Shown here one piece after another: positions 59,683 to 64,000 of a stretch of DNA of 64,000 nt. This DNA comes from Candidatus Woesebacteria bacterium. GTDB taxonomy: Bacteria > Patescibacteriota > Microgenomatia > UBA8517. Location: contig CP055308.1 in the NCBI GenBank assembly GCA_013374855.1, positions 725,310 to 789,309 of the forward strand, read 5' to 3'. The first letter of the stretch is position 1. Each line of letters starts with the position of its first letter. The notes below the pieces were generated by a model. It had not been told where the DNA came from. It ran no database searches and saw nothing but the letters and a program-made list of their open reading frames with translations. The position numbers and the translations under genes are program-made.

Positions 59683-60459
59683 TTACGGCAAAACTTTGTA
59701 ACTTTCTATTTTTGTATAAAACTTCTTTTTCTTATCTCCTGTCTGCGGGTGAACAGCGAACAGTTTATGATTAAATACATTTAAGATATTTTTGTCGTAA
59801 TAAGACAGATCCTCGTTTGGTTTATCAAGAAATTTTACCTTGGCGCCATAAGCTAAAAGATCAGCTATTTGCTCTTCGATATCAAAATTTTTCTTCGTGA
59901 CAAATGAAATTTCAGTTAAGTGTTCTTGGACCTTTTCGTAAGAAATTCCAATATCTGATATTCCCGCTGATAAATAAAAACCGGCAGTTTTATGATAAAT
60001 AAAATCTCTTTCTGTTGAAGCGGATTCAATTACCAATCTTCCTCGGCTGTTAGTGGCAAGAAGAGCAAGGATAAAATTTTTAATCATTATATTGGCTGTT
60101 TCTTTATAAACTTTTTGGCTATTCCAATTCTTTTTTGTCGCTTTTTTGTTGTCTACGATGACTGTAAATATTTGATAGCTGCCTTTATTTAGGAAATCAA
60201 ATAAAAGTTTCTTAAAGTTTTTGTCTATTTCCTTGTCTTTAAGAATAGAGAAATCACCCATTTGTCTTCCAATTTCTCTTGAATGAAAAACAATATCGGT
60301 TTTCTCCCAAAACTTAAATTTAATTTGATCAGATTTTACCTTCAACAACTCTCGATTATCATCGTTTATCAAACAACCGCATAATATATAACAACCGTTT
60401 TTATTAGCCTTTGGGTTAGCAAAACCAGATTCGTCAATAAAAAGATTTTGTAATTTCAT
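59683..60459 (-). CDS. DUF3800-family protein embedded between res and mod
   Basis: The N-terminal LFIDESGFAN motif is characteristic of DUF3800, and the length of about 258 aa fits. Confidence 0.55.
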   Translation of the reverse strand: MKLQNLFIDESGFANPKANKNGCYILCGCLINDDNRELLKVKSDQIKFKFWEKTDIVFHSREIGRQMGDFSILKDKEIDKNFKKLLFDFLNKGSYQIFTVIVDNKKATKKNWNSQKVYKETANIMIKNFILALLATNSRGRLVIESASTERDFIYHKTAGFYLSAGISDIGISYEKVQEHLTEISFVTKKNFDIEEQIADLLAYGAKVKFLDKPNEDLSYYDKNILNVFNHKLFAVHPQTGDKKKKFYTKIESYKVLP

Positions 60460-63038
60460 TTTTGTTTGTAAATCCAGTCAATGACCGGTTGAACTTTACC
60501 AAATACCGATTCTCCTTCCTCTAAAAGCAGAAGTTCATACTTAATTTTATCAGGATTTATCGTTTCCAACTTTTTCATCTCTTTTTCAGCCTCTTTAATC
60601 CTATATTTTGGCGCTTTTACCTCTACAATTAAGGACTTGCCATCTTTCTTGCGAATCAAAAAGTCAGGTGTATAACTGTGCCAATCTCCTTTGTCGTCTT
60701 TGTATTCAAAGATAAAATCAGTTTTTTCTGGATCGTTAATTGCACCTGTATAATAAATGTCCTCAACATTATCGGGGTCTTCACCGAGTTTAGTAAGCAT
60801 TCGCTCAAAAAACTCCCGTTCGTCCTCCGAATCAAAGTTATACGGATCATAATGAAAGCCAAAGAGCGGCAGCTGCCCAGTTTGATGTTGATATTTTTCT
60901 ATACTCAAAACGTAATCATCAAGTTTACTTTTATTTACCCTTATTTCAGTTGTCCAAATTTCTTCTTTATTTTTTTCTTCTTTAACAAAACCCTTCTTTT
61001 TAACGATTGCTATTGCTTCTTCAACGGTTTCATTAACTACCTTATAGCGTATGCTTTGTTTTTCTATTTGCGAGCGGATAAGTTCCAGCTCAAACGCTCC
61101 GATTTCACCCTCTGGGTATAAGCCTTCAAGCAGTTTATAAGTTTTGAGCGAGTCTAAACGGTAGGCATGAGCCAGAACTACGGCTGCTTGAAATAAATCA
61201 ATCTTCCTGTCTGTTACCACTCCCTTTTTAGTTCCCACTTCAACTAAAACCCCTTTTCTTTGAGCTTTGGACATGGAGTAAAGAGTCTTTTCAAAGGATT
61301 TGACTGCCCGTTCCTCTGGTTTATTGATTTTTATGCCTTCCGCAGCTTTTAAATCTTCTGGGACTATCTTTTGGACGAGCTTTTTGATTAGTAGCGGTTC
61401 AGGTGTGGTTTTTTTAAGAGTTACTTTAACTGTTACGGTGTCGGCAGAGACCCTGTTAAGATCATCTAGACCCTCACCAAAGGTTTCTTGCAACTGCCGA
61501 TCAAGAATGGAGACATTGTCTTTTGAGAGGTAAATCTTGGCTTTTTTGGTGTTGTTGGGAACTTGTCTCAAACAGCGGCTGGCAGCTTGTAAAACAAAGT
61601 TATTGCTCGAAGTGAGTTTCCTTGCCAGGGCTGTAGCAAATAAAGATAAGCAGTTCCATCCTTCCGTGCCTTTGTTAACAAGTAAGAAGACCCTGTAGGG
61701 CAGTTTAGGGTCGTTAATGCGGTTGTCAAAAAGGTCTTTGACCTCGTCAGTTGACTTGTTATGCACTGGCAGGACAACTGATGGGTCAATTTTTAGAGAG
61801 ATGAGAGTTTGCTCGACTACTGGTTGAGCTTTTTCCAAATCACCGATCTGGGGGAAGTAAATTGCCAGCTTTGCATATTCGCCGCTCCCAACTCGGACAT
61901 CTTTGTATTCCTGAAAGAAATCTTTGACAACATCAACAATAAAATCCTTATCCGAGACTTCTGGATAAGCCATGATATTGCCTCTAACTTCCTTGAGAAT
62001 GCCGTCTTCAATGCCCTGGGACAAGCCATACCAGTAAATAACATCCCGTAGAAGCTGTCTTTGGTAGTAAGGCGTGCCTGTGGTGTTCACTACGGCTAAG
62101 AGATTGGTCTTCTCGGCAATGTAGTTGATTGTCTGCCTAACTCGCTTCAGGTCGCTTGCCAGCTCTTGCCCATAGGTGTGGTGAGCCTCATCCGAGAAAA
62201 CGGCTAAGTGAGGCAGAGAGGTGATGGTTTGTAGCCTTAAATTAGCTACCAGCTCTTTTGCTTCTTCAACTTCCAGTTTCAACTGCCCAGAGAGAAGGGT
62301 TTTGGGGATGCTGTTTTTTTGAAGTCGTATTTTCTCGGTGTTGGTGACGATGACATTAAATGAGCTGCCTCGAATAACAGGAATGTCTTTTTCACCATCT
62401 CTGGTGTAGGTGAACTTAACATTGATAATAAAAGATTTATAAAAACGGGGAGGAAGTATCTTGTCATAGGGAGTATCTGAGATTTCTCTCAAAGCACCTA
62501 AAATGGTTTTTCCAGGCGCAAATACCAGGGCATTTTTGATAAAGATGCCGTCTTCATCCTGATATTCCAAAGCCATCGCAAACTCACTAGCAATGATGGA
62601 AGCAATCAGGATTGTCTTACCCGCTCCCATTGCCAGTGCCAGGATATAACTTGGGTATGAGAGAGTGAGCGTCTCCCTTAGTGCTTCGAGTTTATATTTC
62701 TTAACAAAGGTATTATCAGTTTTTACCTTTTCGAAGATTGCGTCTATTCCGCCTCCAGCTAGTAATAGGTCGGTTAGATCTTCCTCTGACAGGGAGATCC
62801 CAAGAGCTTTCAGGAGATCCCTACCTTGGAAGTATTCTTTATAAAGCTCGAAGATGTTGGGAGTGTTTTTAACCAGTCTCAAATACCAGTAAGTTTCTAA
62901 TGCCTCAAATTGTGCTTTTCTTAGGAAGTTGTTCTGATTGTGTTGGAGGATGGTGGCGATGGCAGGGTAAGAAGAAGGGTATCCTTGCTGTCTCCAGTTA
63001 GTGACATCTAATTTTAACTTTTGGTAAAGATTGGTCAT
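60456..63038 (-). CDS. res: Type III restriction enzyme Res subunit (SF2 DEAH helicase plus C-terminal PD-(D/E)xK nuclease)
   Basis: Walker A MGAGKTIL, DEAH box (VFSDEAHH), and the C-terminal ..YTPDFLIRKKDGKSLIVEVKAPKY.. nuclease motif. Confidence 0.8.
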   Translation of the reverse strand: MTNLYQKLKLDVTNWRQQGYPSSYPAIATILQHNQNNFLRKAQFEALETYWYLRLVKNTPNIFELYKEYFQGRDLLKALGISLSEEDLTDLLLAGGGIDAIFEKVKTDNTFVKKYKLEALRETLTLSYPSYILALAMGAGKTILIASIIASEFAMALEYQDEDGIFIKNALVFAPGKTILGALREISDTPYDKILPPRFYKSFIINVKFTYTRDGEKDIPVIRGSSFNVIVTNTEKIRLQKNSIPKTLLSGQLKLEVEEAKELVANLRLQTITSLPHLAVFSDEAHHTYGQELASDLKRVRQTINYIAEKTNLLAVVNTTGTPYYQRQLLRDVIYWYGLSQGIEDGILKEVRGNIMAYPEVSDKDFIVDVVKDFFQEYKDVRVGSGEYAKLAIYFPQIGDLEKAQPVVEQTLISLKIDPSVVLPVHNKSTDEVKDLFDNRINDPKLPYRVFLLVNKGTEGWNCLSLFATALARKLTSSNNFVLQAASRCLRQVPNNTKKAKIYLSKDNVSILDRQLQETFGEGLDDLNRVSADTVTVKVTLKKTTPEPLLIKKLVQKIVPEDLKAAEGIKINKPEERAVKSFEKTLYSMSKAQRKGVLVEVGTKKGVVTDRKIDLFQAAVVLAHAYRLDSLKTYKLLEGLYPEGEIGAFELELIRSQIEKQSIRYKVVNETVEEAIAIVKKKGFVKEEKNKEEIWTTEIRVNKSKLDDYVLSIEKYQHQTGQLPLFGFHYDPYNFDSEDEREFFERMLTKLGEDPDNVEDIYYTGAINDPEKTDFIFEYKDDKGDWHSYTPDFLIRKKDGKSLIVEVKAPKYRIKEAEKEMKKLETINPDKIKYELLLLEEGESVFGKVQPVIDWIYKQK

Positions 63039-63040
63039 AT

Positions 63041-63232
63041 TTATTTTTTGTTTTTTAGTATTGCTTCAATGTCTTTGGGGTCATAGCGCCTGTCGCCTCG
63101 CTTATTAACTCTAACAGCTTTTAATTTCCCGCTTTTGCCCCACCTCCGCAAAGTCTCTACATGCACATTTAGGATTTCCGCTGCTTGTTTTATGGTTAGG
63201 AGTTTTGGTAAATCAAATTTATTTTTACTCAT
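63041..63232 (-). CDS. excisionase/AlpA-like helix-turn-helix protein
   Basis: LLTIKQAAEILNVHVETLRRWGKSGKLKAV is an HTH_17-type motif. Confidence 0.55.
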   Translation of the reverse strand: MSKNKFDLPKLLTIKQAAEILNVHVETLRRWGKSGKLKAVRVNKRGDRRYDPKDIEAILKNKK

Positions 63233-63234
63233 AT

Positions 63235-64000
63235 TTAATGTTGACTATTTAATTTTGTTGCTATGGCTTCTTGTTCATCGTATAGAGCTTTGTCCTGATC
63301 AATCATTTTCTGCTCGGCTGCTGTTAGCCATTGATTAGACTCCATCCTTGTAACGATTGCCGAAATATTAGCGATTCTTGTCGATATTATCTCATTAATT
63401 CTATCAATATCGCTTTTATTTTTCTCATAAAATTCTTTGTATTCTTTTAACTTTGCCCAACCTGGTTGAATTTCTTTTAATCTTTCAAGTGAAGTTCTCC
63501 AACTATCTATTACTTCTTTTGAATAGTTGGGTGGTACATAACCTGCAAAATGCTGAACGATTACTTGAGTGGGGCAACCATTGATTTCTCCTTCTACCTC
63601 AGCGATGCCTACCTCTTGATAGGTTTTATCTGTTAAAAATTTTTTGGATTCTGGAAACTGGAATTGGTTGTCAATTAACTCTTCTGCTTCGTAATAACCC
63701 TGTGTAGGTGCTTCACCCCAAACAATATTGGAGTAATTAGTCTCCCTCATAGCCTTTTCCATTGTGTAACCACTTCTTGTTGCCTCAAAGGAGAAATCGT
63801 CAAACTTTAAGATTGTCTCGCCTCTTTTTTGAGCCGACAGTTCAAGTTTTGGTTGGTATTTTAGTTCTCTTGCACCTGCCTCTTTTCGCTTTTCGTTAAG
63901 AAGTGTTAAGTATTTTTCTTTATCAAGTTTTATCTTTGAGGATTCATCAAAATCTCTTGAGGTATCTCGCCAGTATTTAGCAAGATCACCCTTTTGATCT
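63235..64000 (-). CDS. hypothetical protein, 5' end outside the window
   Basis: The open frame continues past the MEKAMRE Met of the track ORF (…RSGYTMEKAMRETNYSNIVWGEAPTQGYY…) to the window edge. Confidence 0.3.
   Translation of the reverse strand, partial: DQKGDLAKYWRDTSRDFDESSKIKLDKEKYLTLLNEKRKEAGARELKYQPKLELSAQKRGETILKFDDFSFEATRSGYTMEKAMRETNYSNIVWGEAPTQGYYEAEELIDNQFQFPESKKFLTDKTYQEVGIAEVEGEINGCPTQVIVQHFAGYVPPNYSKEVIDSWRTSLERLKEIQPGWAKLKEYKEFYEKNKSDIDRINEIISTRIANISAIVTRMESNQWLTAAEQKMIDQDKALYDEQEAIATKLNSQH

Larger units (their letters stand above)
48274..64000. mobile_element. integrated mobile genetic island (right end beyond the window), carrying recombination, regulatory and defense-type cargo
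   Basis: A large serine recombinase sits at the left edge and overlaps ychF. G+C is visibly higher. The genes are phage- or defense-like (HTH excisionase-like x2, HNH, Type III RM, DUF3800) with no housekeeping homologues. Confidence 0.5.

Overview
This is low-GC bacterial DNA with very dense minus-strand operons and no fatty-acid synthesis genes. It looks like a streamlined, possibly CPR/Patescibacteria-like genome, but that is an inference. The standard genetic code applies, since TGA and TAA both end well-conserved genes. Every call below rests on reading the translated ORFs by eye against remembered family motifs; no database search was run. The window has two parts. (1) A housekeeping backbone, bases 1 to ~48.3 kb. 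It carries the recG 3' end, rpmF (missed by the ORF track), nusB, an ACP-like gene, rnc, rpsP and a KH-domain gene. A ~13.6 kb type IV pilus locus on the minus strand follows: pilB-pilT-pilC-[repeat-rich regulatory region]-pilA-pilD-six tandem pilins-three minor pilins-pilX-like-pilM-pilN-pilO. Then come holB, gyrB, an H+-pyrophosphatase and a frameshifted subtilase with a dockerin domain. After that are a DUF2233-like gene, gyrA, a Xer recombinase beside a ~970 bp ORF-free region holding a dif-like palindrome, yebC, a Kef-type antiporter, rluA-family, dksA-like, efp, tRNA-Leu(CAA) and dnaB. The backbone ends with rpmE, a release factor 1 that lacks domain 1, htrA, ctpA, rpsR, ssb, rpsF and ychF. 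(2) An integrated island of higher G+C (judged by eye) runs from ~48.3 kb to the window end. It begins with a large serine recombinase whose 3' end overlaps the ychF start by 44 nt. It then carries an excisionase-like HTH gene, small unknown genes and a structured intergenic region with a repeated promoter-like motif. Next are two secreted paralogues and a compact five-gene cassette of unknown function (3-TM protein, DUF4145/HEPN-like protein, HNH nuclease fusion, zinc-ribbon protein, second R-x4-H protein). Directly downstream of that lies a Type III restriction-modification operon with an embedded DUF3800 gene, then a second excisionase-like HTH gene. The five-gene cassette is the best candidate for an undescribed (anti-phage?) system. 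No CRISPR arrays or rRNA genes were seen.
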